This document shows, in pieces, positions 1 through 9,010 of a DNA stretch of 64,000 nucleotides (positions within the stretch are counted from its first letter, which is position 1; the number at the start of each line of letters is the position of its first letter). Under the pieces are notes generated by a model. That model was not told the origin of the DNA. It saw only the letters and a program-made list of their open reading frames with translations, and searched no databases. The translations under genes were made by a program, and so were the position numbers. Location: contig CAXXTC010000007.1 of NCBI GenBank assembly GCA_963666925.2, forward strand, positions 160,001 through 224,000, in the 5' to 3' direction. The stretch comes from Phycisphaerae bacterium. Lineage in GTDB: Bacteria; Planctomycetota; Phycisphaerae; UBA1845; Fen-1342.

Positions 1-1644
1 GCGACCCGCTACAAGGTCCAGCGGCGGCTGGGTAGCGGCGGCATGGGCGAAGTCTGGCAGGGAATCGATACCGAGCTGGACAACCTCGCGGTCGCGATCA
101 AGGTGCTCCCGGGCGTGCTGGCCCGCAACACCCACAGCATCAAAGCGCTGAAGCGCGAGGCCGCGGTCGCCCTGAAGCTAACCCACCCGAACATCTGCCG
201 GCTGCACACCTTCCACAGCGACGGGGACGTGAAGTTCCTCGTGATGGAGTACATCGACGGCCACACGCTCGAAGAGCTGCTGGACCAGAAACCCGACCGG
301 CGAATGATGCTGGACGAGCTGCTGCCGATCGCAACGCAGATCGCACAGGCTCTCGACTATGCCCACGGTCTGGTGCCGCCAGTACTGCACCGCGACATCA
401 AGCCATCGAACATCATGGTGACGCGGGCGGGGGCAGCGAAGCTCCTGGATTTCGGCATCGCGCGGGAGATGAAGGACTCGGTTACGCGTGTGACCGGCAA
501 GGAAACGTCGGGAACACTGCTATACATGTCGCCGGAGCAGTTCCAGGGCCAGACACCGACGCCGGTTTCAGACATCTACTCGTTCGCGGCCACGCTGTAC
601 GAGTGCCTGGCGGGCCATCCACCGTTCTACCAGGGGGCGATCGGGCACCAACTGCTGCACATGGAGCCGCCGGCTTTGCGAGGCGCGTCTGAGAACGTCA
701 ACGCGGCGCTCCAGTTTGCGCTTTCCAAAAGACCGCAGGATCGGCCGGCGCAGGCTGCCCTGCTCGTCGACGGACTACGGACAACCTCTCAGCCGTCGGT
801 CGTGCCATCCACGCCGACGGCGTCGAGCGCAGCGACTCGACAACCCGCGGAGGACGCTCCTGGGCAACCAATCCCCATGCCGGTCACAAAGTCACTCCCC
901 CTCGGCAATGGCGTCACCATGGAGCTGGTGCTGATTCCGGCGGGAGAATTCCTTATGGGCTCGCCGGCGTCGGAGCCGGGACGCGGCAATGACGAAGGGC
1001 CGCAGCACCTCGTGCGGATCACGAAGCCGTTCTATATGGGCAAGACAGAGGTGACGCAATCGCAGTGGCGGGCGGTGATGAGGAGCAACCCGTCGAACTT
1101 CAGCGCGTCGGGGGGCGGGAAGGACCAGGTGGCCGGTCAAGATACGTCGAACCTGCCGGTGGAGAACGTGTCGTGGAATGACGCGCAGGAGTTCTGTCGC
1201 GCGCTGAGCGAGCGACTCCGGAGCGAGGGATTGACGGTACGGCTGCCGACGGAGGCGGAGTGGGAGTATGCGTGTCGGGCGGGGAGTGCGGGTCGGTTCA
1301 GCTTTGGGGACAGCGACAGCGCGCTGGGCGACTACGCGTGGTACGGCAACAACAGCGGCAACACGACGCATCCGGTTGGACAGAAGACGGCGAACGCGTG
1401 GGGCCTTTGCGATATGCACGGGAACGTGTGGGAGTGGTGTGCGGATACATGGCACGATAGCTACCAGGGCGTGCCCGCGGATGGCAGCGCCTGGACGGCG
1501 GGCGGTGATTCGTCTCGCCGCGTCCTGCGCGGCGGGTCGTGGGACAGCATTCCGGCGAACTGCCGCTGTGCGAATCGCGCCGGGTTCAGGCCTGCCCTCC
1601 GCGGCGACCTCATCGGTTTTCGTGTTGCGGCGGGGACTCCATAA
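1..1644 (+). CDS. Ser/Thr protein kinase fused to a C-terminal FGE-sulfatase (CLec-fold) domain; 5'-partial; probable DGR target
   Basis: Frame open from base 1 (ATRYKVQRRLGSGGMGEVW). Kinase motifs VAIK, HRDIKPSN, DFG, YMSPE; FGE motifs FLMGS, EVT, RLPTEAEWEYACRAG, DMHGNVWEWC, RGGSW, GFRV. Confidence 0.95.
   Translation, partial: ATRYKVQRRLGSGGMGEVWQGIDTELDNLAVAIKVLPGVLARNTHSIKALKREAAVALKLTHPNICRLHTFHSDGDVKFLVMEYIDGHTLEELLDQKPDRRMMLDELLPIATQIAQALDYAHGLVPPVLHRDIKPSNIMVTRAGAAKLLDFGIAREMKDSVTRVTGKETSGTLLYMSPEQFQGQTPTPVSDIYSFAATLYECLAGHPPFYQGAIGHQLLHMEPPALRGASENVNAALQFALSKRPQDRPAQAALLVDGLRTTSQPSVVPSTPTASSAATRQPAEDAPGQPIPMPVTKSLPLGNGVTMELVLIPAGEFLMGSPASEPGRGNDEGPQHLVRITKPFYMGKTEVTQSQWRAVMRSNPSNFSASGGGKDQVAGQDTSNLPVENVSWNDAQEFCRALSERLRSEGLTVRLPTEAEWEYACRAGSAGRFSFGDSDSALGDYAWYGNNSGNTTHPVGQKTANAWGLCDMHGNVWEWCADTWHDSYQGVPADGSAWTAGGDSSRRVLRGGSWDSIPANCRCANRAGFRPALRGDLIGFRVAAGTP
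1516..1641 (+). repeat. DGR variable repeat (VR) at the 3' end of the kinase-FGE gene
   Basis: Aligns without gaps to the AAC-rich repeat at 1829-1945; all 9 AAC codons of that repeat face NNC codons here. Confidence 0.8.
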
Positions 1645-1645
1645 T

Positions 1646-1713
1646 GTTTTCCACTTTGCTCTTTTACACTTTTTCCCTTTTCCGGGGAGTCCAGAGGGGC
1701 GAAGCCCCTCTGG
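1646..1713 (+). other. Pyrimidine-rich IMH-like tract plus DGR target-recognition hairpin
   Basis: T/C-rich tract at 1646-1683, then a perfect 10-bp stem CCAGAGGGGC-GAA-GCCCCTCTGG at 1691-1713 directly after the VR. Confidence 0.75.
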
Positions 1714-1787
1714 TTGCGCGGAAAGGCGGAAAGTGCGCGCACGCGGCGTGTGCGCGCTGTCAGCCGGCGCGGCGCACGCCGCCCAAC

Positions 1788-1814
1788 GAAATTCGCCGCA
1801 CCAGCGGCGGATGG
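1788..1814 (+). pseudogene. Possible remnant of the 3' end of avd
   Basis: Translates EIRRTSGGW, resembling the Avd C-terminal EIGRxxGGW motif, about 15 nt upstream of the TR; no intact avd ORF. Confidence 0.45.
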
Positions 1815-1828
1815 GATCCGGTTATAGT

Positions 1829-1945
1829 AGCCGCGTCCTGCGGGGCGGCTCGTGGAACAACAATGGCAGGAACCTGCGGTCCGCGAATCGCAACAGGAAC
1901 GACGCCGACAACCACTGGAACAACAACGGCTTCCGGGTGGTGGTG
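1829..1945 (+). ncRNA. DGR template repeat (TR)
   Basis: Isolated FGE C-terminus-like repeat reading SRVLRGGSWNNNGRNLRSANRNRNDADNHWNNNGFRVV, with AAC/AAT codons at the variable positions and no upstream FGE body. Confidence 0.85.
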
Positions 1946-2346
1946 GGTGCGTCTGCGGCGGGGAGTCTGGCGGGACGCTCGATTTGCTCCCGACGGCCGG
2001 AATGCGCGGGATCATGGTCCCGTGCAGCGTGCCGATCAGAGTCCGAACCGGATTCCGGCTCTTCCGCGGCTTGCGCCGCGGGAGGCGAATGCACGTTGTG
2101 GCCCCGCCCGGCCCATGCAGCCATTGCCCCGGGCGGGGTGTTGCGAAAGACCCGGCGCGAAGATCAGCCGCGCTGGTGCGAATCAAGAATTTAGGGACAC
2201 AGCCACCACTTAACTGCCGATTACGTGCTGCCAACCCACCACCAAAACGCCAAGAACCCCTGGCAGGTCCAGCCCGCCAGGGGTCCTCGCAATCCTCAGC
2301 ACCCGGCCAGGTCGGCCGAGGTTATTCCACTCAAAACGCTACACTA

Positions 2347-4320
2347 CTACTTCGTAGCCTGTGCACCGCCCGTCGACTGTTCGGCCGGCTCCTTCGACTC
2401 CTTCGGCTCGGCGGCCGGCTTCGGCGGCTCCTGATAGTTCGTCACCGTTCGCGTCCGCACCATCAGCCCATCCTGAGACGTCACCGAACACTTCGACTGA
2501 TAGAAGTCCAGCGTCCGCGCTACCCGACCCAGCTTCGTAGCCACGCTCAGCAACATCGTCATCGCCGGATGCTTCGTAACGTCCGGCGGCAACATCATCT
2601 GCATCAGCCCCGTCATCGCCAGCGCCTGGCCAATCTCCTCGCCAAGCTTGCTCAGATCAGAAAACTCGAAACCGGTAACGTTGTCGCCCAGCGGCAACCC
2701 CTCCTTCTTATACCGCTCATTGGACTGGAACGTGTCATGCTTACCAGCACCAGTTTGGAGCGCCAGCGTCACGATCTCCGGACCATTACCCACGAACAGG
2801 TGACCCTCGGCCACGCCCAGGATCGGCCGACCCAGCCCCGGCATCATCGCCATGAACGGCGGCAGAATCACACGCTTGAACCCCGGCGCTTCCGGCAGCT
2901 CAGCATCCTCGATGGCACCGTTCTGCTCCATCAGCATCGGGTTCACCAGCGCCACCAGCTTCTCCAGGGCCGCGCTGGCCTTGGCCTCGTCACGCACGCC
3001 GACGATCATCACCCAGTCCGACATGAACTGCGACCGCATGTTACCTGAGAAGCTCACGAACGACGTCCCCAGCCAGTTCAGCAGATCCTGCTCAATATCA
3101 ACCGGAGACTCCGCCATCATCCCCTTGAACTGCTGCACATACTCCGTACCCATCGGCACCTGGGTTTCCATGAACTTCACCGTCTCGTCATAGAGCGCCT
3201 TCAGGTCAAAGCCGCTCATCACGCTGACGTTCTTGGCTTCCTTCGGCACAAAACGCAGCGGCTTGGCCAGCGGACCGGACGCGAAGAAAACCTTGTACGC
3301 CGCCCGCTGAGACGCCTGGTCACGCAGCACCGCAACCTCTTCAGTGGTGGTCTTCATCCCCTCCGTACGCGTGCTCTCCAGCACGTAATCCCAGATATCA
3401 AACTCGTCCACGATGCGCGGCAGGAAAGCCAACGGCGATTCGCCCGCGCCGGCCTGCTGACCTTCCGCACCTTCCGTTTCCTCATCCGACATCATCATCT
3501 GCTGGCCCGCCGCCTGCGCTGCCATTTCGGCAAACGCCCGACCCTGCTGCACCAGCTTGCCTGCCTCGATGAAGGAAAACGCGTCCCGCGGCGGTGCAAC
3601 CTGCTGCAACGCCTTCTGGAAGCGCGCGGTCGACACCAGCGTGGCGTTCGGACCGGCCGCCTCGCCGCGCAACAGCGCCAGCGACTTCTCCGCCATGCTC
3701 GTACCGAAGCCGAGCAACAGCACTTCATCGTGCCGGGCCAGCGTCAAGACCATCGGCACGGGCGACTGCGCCACCGACAGCTTGTGCACGACGCTCGTCC
3801 CCTCGCCCTCGGTCGACAGGAGCAACTGCCCCTCCGGCGCCAGCGCTACCAGGTTGTTCAGTATCGCCACCAGGCCGTCGAAATCGTCGGTGACCTGATC
3901 CGCGGGCGGCATGAACATGAACACGAAGTCCGCCCCGAACGGGACGGCGACGGTCATCGCGAAGGCCATCTCGCGATCGCTCAATTGCGACCAATGCACC
4001 CCCATGGCCAAGTCGTGAATCTGCTGCCAGCGCTGCTCCAGTTCCGCCTGGCTCTCGCCGGCGCCATCGGCCATCCCCATGAGCATACGCTTGAGGTCGC
4101 GTTCGAAATGCTGGTCGGCGACCGCTTTCCAGACGCGTTCGCACTGCTGGTTGAGGAAATCGAGACCCTCGTGGTTGCGCGTGTGCACGGCGAGCATGGT
4201 GTCCGCCGGCACGGCCCGGGTCAGCGTGAAATCATCCCCAATGCCGGCCTGCGCCGGCAGCGCCGCCGCCAACAGTCCCACCAGCGCCACGCCCCCGATC
4301 CAGAAAAGCCTGTGTCTCAT
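2347..4320 (-). CDS. Exported hypothetical protein (possibly DUF3352-like)
   Basis: Long ORF; signal peptide MRHRLFWIGGVALVGLLAAALPAQA after a GGAG RBS. Family call is tentative. Confidence 0.75.
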   Translation of the reverse strand: MRHRLFWIGGVALVGLLAAALPAQAGIGDDFTLTRAVPADTMLAVHTRNHEGLDFLNQQCERVWKAVADQHFERDLKRMLMGMADGAGESQAELEQRWQQIHDLAMGVHWSQLSDREMAFAMTVAVPFGADFVFMFMPPADQVTDDFDGLVAILNNLVALAPEGQLLLSTEGEGTSVVHKLSVAQSPVPMVLTLARHDEVLLLGFGTSMAEKSLALLRGEAAGPNATLVSTARFQKALQQVAPPRDAFSFIEAGKLVQQGRAFAEMAAQAAGQQMMMSDEETEGAEGQQAGAGESPLAFLPRIVDEFDIWDYVLESTRTEGMKTTTEEVAVLRDQASQRAAYKVFFASGPLAKPLRFVPKEAKNVSVMSGFDLKALYDETVKFMETQVPMGTEYVQQFKGMMAESPVDIEQDLLNWLGTSFVSFSGNMRSQFMSDWVMIVGVRDEAKASAALEKLVALVNPMLMEQNGAIEDAELPEAPGFKRVILPPFMAMMPGLGRPILGVAEGHLFVGNGPEIVTLALQTGAGKHDTFQSNERYKKEGLPLGDNVTGFEFSDLSKLGEEIGQALAMTGLMQMMLPPDVTKHPAMTMLLSVATKLGRVARTLDFYQSKCSVTSQDGLMVRTRTVTNYQEPPKPAAEPKESKEPAEQSTGGAQATK

Positions 4321-4535
4321 GACCAGTTCTCCTTGCATTGCAGTCGTTCGCGAGGCCGCAAGCGCCACGGAATCTCGGATCGCCGTCCGCGCGGCAGCCT
4401 CCGGCCGATGTGACGTCACATCATCCCGACATGATATCGTTCCCGAACGGCGCGAAAACCACATCCACGCGCGGAAACACACGCTTTCACAAATTCTGAC
4501 AGCCGCCCGATCGTCCGCCCGCATCGTTTCCGGGC

Positions 4536-5903
4536 CTACTCCTGGCGCCACGCCGGCAGAACCCGACCATTCTGGTACAATACCAACCGCTGCACCTTTC
4601 CGGACCCACTGAGCTCAAACTCGATTTCCGCTTCCACCGCGCGATAGAAAAAACGCGTGTCGCTGGCGGCGTAGATCCGGTAACGGTCCTGCCCGGTGAG
4701 CTGCGCGTAGAGCCGGTCCTCTTCACGCGTGATCGTGAACATCACGCCCGGCGCGAGCTGGTAGAGTCCGACGTAACGCTCCAGCACGGCCGGCGCCACC
4801 GCCACCGCTGGCCGAACCGCACTGATCGGCCAGCGTGGGTTCAGCGCGTGCAACCCGAGTTCGTCGATGTTCGTTGATCCGTTTGCCAACACGACCACGC
4901 CCAGCGATCTGTCTTTCAGGAACCCGCAGAAGCTGTGGAACCCGCCCGTCTGGCCGTTGTGCCAGATGATTTCTCTGTCATAGCGCGTCCAGACGTGCCA
5001 GCCGAGCGCGATCGTCAAGCCCGGCGTGCCGGTATTGAATCGCGGCGTCGTTGCCCGCTCCAGAATCGGGCGTAATTCCGTTTTGACCAACCCCATGTTC
5101 GCGGCCACGAAGCGCAACATGTCGTACGCGGTTGAGCGCAGCGCTCCGCAGCCGGCCAGGGCATCGAAATCCCAGTGGTGGCTGCGCTGTTCGCCGGCGT
5201 GCGGGCCCGCGAGCCGTTGGCGTTGCTCGTCGCTGAGGTTGATGCCGGTGTCACGCATTTTCAGTGGTCGACAAATCGTCCGCTCGGCCAGTTCGACATA
5301 GCTACACCCGGCCCGCGTGGCGAGGATGTGCCCGAGCAGCCCGGCCCCGAGATTGGAGTATTCATACTTTTCGCCGACCGCGCGGGCGAGCTTGCAGCTT
5401 GCCAGGAAGGATCGCAGATCGTCGGCCGAGTAGTCGGCGTAGGGGTTGTAACCGTCGGCGGGCGCGAAGTTTGTCGGCATGCGCGGCAGGCCCGAGCGAT
5501 GGGTCGCGAGATGCTCCAGCGTGATCTGCCGGTCATCGTGTTGCGGTATTGAAAAGCCGGTTGGCGCGTATTCCTGGGCCGGATGGTCGAGTGCGACCTG
5601 GCCGTGCTCGACGGCGTCGGCCAGCAGGATGGCGGTGAATACCTTGGTGATCGAGCCGATCTCGAAGATCGTCCGCTCGTCGACGGGGCGGGTGTCGTCG
5701 ACGGCGAGTTGGCCGTAGGCGAAGAAGGTTGGGCCGGTCTTGTCGACCAGGCCGATGACGATGCCCGGGCAGACGCCGGCGTCGACGCGGTCGCGGGCGG
5801 CCTGTTTGAGATCGTCGGTAATCGGCGGGCCGCCGGCCCGGGCAGTTGAGGTCGCCATTAGCAGAATCGTTGCTATCCACGCGGGTTTGCTGACACACGA
5901 CAT
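4536..5903 (-). CDS. Serine hydrolase, AmpC/beta-lactamase family, with C-terminal DUF3471-like domain
   Basis: FEIGSITK (SxxK), LATHRSGL, YSN and HNG motifs; signal peptide; AGGAG RBS. Confidence 0.9.
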   Translation of the reverse strand: MSCVSKPAWIATILLMATSTARAGGPPITDDLKQAARDRVDAGVCPGIVIGLVDKTGPTFFAYGQLAVDDTRPVDERTIFEIGSITKVFTAILLADAVEHGQVALDHPAQEYAPTGFSIPQHDDRQITLEHLATHRSGLPRMPTNFAPADGYNPYADYSADDLRSFLASCKLARAVGEKYEYSNLGAGLLGHILATRAGCSYVELAERTICRPLKMRDTGINLSDEQRQRLAGPHAGEQRSHHWDFDALAGCGALRSTAYDMLRFVAANMGLVKTELRPILERATTPRFNTGTPGLTIALGWHVWTRYDREIIWHNGQTGGFHSFCGFLKDRSLGVVVLANGSTNIDELGLHALNPRWPISAVRPAVAVAPAVLERYVGLYQLAPGVMFTITREEDRLYAQLTGQDRYRIYAASDTRFFYRAVEAEIEFELSGSGKVQRLVLYQNGRVLPAWRQE

Positions 5904-6226
5904 GATTATCTCCTGGCGCAGTGTGTTACGCTGTCTGCATCGTATCGAACGTGTGGCGGGCGGGCGGGCCGCCACACCTTACTCTTTGGTGATTGATCTG
6001 GCTCGGAGTCCCGCTCTACCTGCAATTGTCTGACTTGTCAGAAGACACACTGGCACGTTCGCCGGCGGCACGGTCCCCGGCGCCCACACGACTGATTGTC
6101 GACGTCATTCTGGGCGTGTGGTGTGGGGGCGGTCAATTCGAAAGATGGCCTGCAATTGGAATCGCGCTGGGTGGATTTGGCGATTATACTGTACATAGTG
6201 CAGAATCCAGGTGTTGGAGAGTAGGT

Positions 6227-6748
6227 ATGGCGATTCTCAATGATCCGGTGCCGCTGCCGGAGGATAAGCCGGAGCCGGAATGGTCGCCGGAGATCGGTTT
6301 GCGTCGCGCGGCCGTTCGCGGGCCGATTGTGACGGTGGTGGTGGCGGTGCTGATGAGTCCGCTGTTTTATTTCATGCCGTACGTGATGCTGGGTGCGTTG
6401 GTACGGATCGGGCTGACGCTGTTGGTTGGGTGGATCATATTCCGGGCGGTGCAGAGTGCCGGCGGGATGACGAGCTGGCCGCTGACGGCATTGGCCACCG
6501 TGCTGACGCTGATCGCGTTCCTGCTTCAGAACCTGGTAATGATGGCTTCGCCGTCGCCGATGTTCGCGGCCCTGACTCCACTGCGCTGGTGGGAATGGTT
6601 CACGCCGGAATGCATCTTTCTTCTTCATCTGGTCACGATCCTGTCGCTGCCGCTGTGCATAGTGCTGTTCCACAGCGGCTCGGGGCCGGGCGGGTATTCC
6701 GTTCTGGGCGAGGTCCTGACAATGGGCGTCTGGGGCACGCGACGGTGA
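6227..6748 (+). CDS. Hypothetical membrane protein (about 4 TM)
   Basis: GGAG RBS before ATG 6227; several hydrophobic segments. Confidence 0.7.
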   Translation: MAILNDPVPLPEDKPEPEWSPEIGLRRAAVRGPIVTVVVAVLMSPLFYFMPYVMLGALVRIGLTLLVGWIIFRAVQSAGGMTSWPLTALATVLTLIAFLLQNLVMMASPSPMFAALTPLRWWEWFTPECIFLLHLVTILSLPLCIVLFHSGSGPGGYSVLGEVLTMGVWGTRR

Positions 6749-6961
6749 AGGTGATGCGCCATCATGTGTGCCGTGTGCTGTCGTGGGCGTTGTCATGGGC
6801 GCTGTGATGTTCGCTGTCATGCTGGTTCGCTTCGTTCGGCTGTGTCCGTTGTGTGACAATGTCCGGTCGCTGTGGGCGTCGCCGACCGAGCCCGGGGGAC
6901 AGCGTAAGCGTAGTTAAGTGTTGACGCGCTTTTTGGGCCGGGCAAGTTGGGATGGGAGGAT

Positions 6962-7007
6962 TGTCACTGGCTGGCGGAGATTGTTGGATTCTGGCGGTTT
7001 TTGGCAG
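6962..7007 (-). promoter_or_regulatory. 10-bp-phased hexamer array, copy A
   Basis: Minus strand CTGCCA-4-CCGCCA-4-CCAACA-4-CCGCCA-4-GTGACA; similar to 52761-52816. Confidence 0.55.
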
Positions 7008-7182
7008 CGTATTATTTTACGCCAGCCACCTGCTGCCGGTTGAAGCAGCTTACACGGGTGGAACTCGCGGCCACTCGGGTACCGGCGGCGTTGTCTCCAA
7101 GCTTCGTTTGTCGTGCAGCATAACCGGCGCGAGGGGCGACTTGTTCAACGGCCCCGCTGTTTCTAATTACTTAGTTACTTAA

Positions 7183-7266
7183 TTATTCTGGGAGTCTCGC
7201 AATCGTCACGCCAAAACACAGGTCGATCAGGATCAGAAAGATCGCCGGAGCTAAGCACTTGCTCAT
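7183..7266 (-). CDS. Putative 27-aa hydrophobic small peptide
   Basis: MSKCLAPAIFLILIDLCFGVTIARLPE, preceded by an AAAGGGG RBS-like sequence. Confidence 0.3.
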   Translation of the reverse strand: MSKCLAPAIFLILIDLCFGVTIARLPE

Positions 7267-7470
7267 GGGCCAGCCCCTTTAGCCGCTCGGGCTTCGGATT
7301 GAACCCGGCAGGAAACTTCATCGTTACGTCGACTCGTTCTTCTGTTGCCGAATGTCCAATTTTACACGGTCTCGGCGATGCGGCGGGCGCGGTTGTCGTA
7401 AGCGGGCTTGACCTTGTTGCCGTTGCGGGCTGCGTGCTACACTGCGGGGACTTGCGTCAGGAGTAATGTG

Positions 7471-7941
7471 GTGAAGCGGCGTGGCTGGTTCTTCGTGTGG
7501 CTGCTGCCACTGTTGTGGATGGTCACGAGTGTGCTGTCCTTCCAGTGGCCGGGGGATGAGTACGGGTTGTGGAGCTTCGGCTCGTTGGCGGGGTTGTGGA
7601 TCGTCTACCTGATAGGCAACATCGGCAACACGGCGAGGATCGCCATCTTCGTGATAATTGCAGGGTCTGTCAGCATGGTCCCCCTGGGGCTGCTGCTCGA
7701 CATGCTGCGAGTGCGGCGGCGGCTGTGGCTGTTGCTATACCTGCTGTTCGCCGCGGGAATATGTGTCACGGCGCTGGCCTCCTTTCCATCATTGAGCAAA
7801 GCGATCAGCAAGAACGGTTCGATCACGGCGTATGTGCTCTTCTCTTTGAACATGGGGATGTACGCCGCCATAATCGTGATGGTGCTAATTTCGGCCGTGG
7901 GACGGCTGGTCAAACGCGGGCAGCCGCCCGGGGGGAATTAG
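7471..7941 (+). CDS. Hypothetical membrane protein (about 5 TM); start uncertain
   Basis: ORF 7408-7941 with several TM-like helices; likely GTG start after AGGAG. Confidence 0.7.
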   Translation: MKRRGWFFVWLLPLLWMVTSVLSFQWPGDEYGLWSFGSLAGLWIVYLIGNIGNTARIAIFVIIAGSVSMVPLGLLLDMLRVRRRLWLLLYLLFAAGICVTALASFPSLSKAISKNGSITAYVLFSLNMGMYAAIIVMVLISAVGRLVKRGQPPGGN

Positions 7942-7996
7942 GAGGGGGCGGGAGCGATCGCTCACATCTTGCGGCTCGGTCGGTAGTGTTCGGGCG

Positions 7997-8113
7997 GAGC
8001 AGGCTGCATGTACTTCGTACATCATTATTCCGGATGAAAGCTGAGCCTGTCTCATAGTTGTGGCATTGGGGTTCGTCGCCGGCGCGACTCACCGGTTAAA
8101 AACCGGTGCCACA
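7997..8113 (+). repeat. About 115-bp dispersed intergenic repeat ending in a REP-like palindrome, copy 1
   Basis: Highly similar to 57590-57704; ends CACCGGTTAAAAACCGGTGCCACA. Confidence 0.85.
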
Positions 8114-8207
8114 AGGGTTTGCAGGCTGGTGCTACAGCGACGGGAGCGGTGTCGGGGCGAGCCTCATAGGTAGGGCGTCGGCCATGGTGGACGGCGCATA
8201 GCAGGCG

Positions 8208-8741
8208 CTACCAGGGGTCTTCGTCGTTGTCGCCGGTTTGGCGGGGGCGGTTGTCCGTTGGGGAGGGCTGCTCGGTGGCGTGGCGGCGGGCACAGAATGG
8301 GCAGGTGGGGGGCTGGCCGGGCCGGGTGGCGAACCAGTGGCCACATGTCGGGCAACGCTCTGCGCGGTAGCCGGTTTCCTGGCCGCACTCGGGGCATTTG
8401 ACCGGCCAATCGTGGAAATTCATGGGTCTTTTGACGGTGAAATGTTCCATGCAGTCGGGGTTTGTGCAGGCTACGTAGAGGGTGGCGTAGGAAGTGGCCT
8501 GCTCTGAGAAAGTGCCGGTGCTGGCGGGTTGGAGTGCCCCGACGATGCGGGTCAGGGCCAGGATCAGGAGGATGACGAGGGCGAGGATGCTGCCGATGCG
8601 GATGGGGGTGGCCTGGAAGATTGCCCAGGGGTTTTCGCTCAGTTCTTGCCGCCAATCGCGGAAATTTTGCGGTAGATGTTCCAGCCCTTCGCGTAGGCGG
8701 TGGGGCAGGCCGGTGACTGCGGAATGCCATTTGCGCTTCAT
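8208..8741 (-). CDS. Membrane-anchored multi-CxxC (zinc-ribbon-like) protein
   Basis: One TM helix, then CTNPDC, CPEC, CPTC, CPFC. Confidence 0.75.
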   Translation of the reverse strand: MKRKWHSAVTGLPHRLREGLEHLPQNFRDWRQELSENPWAIFQATPIRIGSILALVILLILALTRIVGALQPASTGTFSEQATSYATLYVACTNPDCMEHFTVKRPMNFHDWPVKCPECGQETGYRAERCPTCGHWFATRPGQPPTCPFCARRHATEQPSPTDNRPRQTGDNDEDPW

Positions 8742-8938
8742 TGTGGGCTCCGGATGGCCGATAACCCAGGCTGGCCGGAGAGGCCTGAGGGTCCTATCAG
8801 ATTATCGTCAGGGGGCGGTGGAGGGCAATTTTTGGTTTTGACAAGCTGGTGAGGGGGTTTAGAATGCTCAATCCGGCGCACTCGGCCGGCCCATAGGCGT
8901 CGCACGTCGACCCCATGTCAGATGGTTATCGACGTTGT

Positions 8939-9010
8939 GCTGCTGTAGCTCAGTGGTAGAGCGCCTCCTTGGTAAGGAGGAGGTCATGGGTTCAACCCCC
9001 ATCAGCAGCT
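8939..9010 (+). tRNA. tRNA-Thr(GGT)
   Basis: Acceptor stem GCTGCTG/CAGCAGC, anticodon arm CTCCT-TGGTAAG-GAGG, T-loop GGTTCAA; upstream of tuf; CCA not encoded. Confidence 0.95.

Noticed and set aside
1516..1945. A complete, self-contained DGR with a cognate VR/TR pair
   Set aside because: About 22 non-adenine mismatches in 108 nt, and no RT or intact avd in the window.
1268..2194. 308-aa ORF containing RVLRGGSWNNN...GFRVV as a second FGE gene
   Set aside because: Only the TR portion is FGE-like; the rest overlaps the kinase gene out of frame and is low-complexity. TRs commonly read as open frames.
4536..5903. Bona fide antibiotic-resistance beta-lactamase
   Set aside because: Motifs support only the broad serine hydrolase family; the HNG triad and DUF3471-like tail are common in peptidases and esterases.
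6750..7400. Known riboswitch or tmRNA/RNase P RNA in the long intergenic region
   Set aside because: No recognisable consensus by eye; an Rfam/Infernal scan is needed to exclude it.
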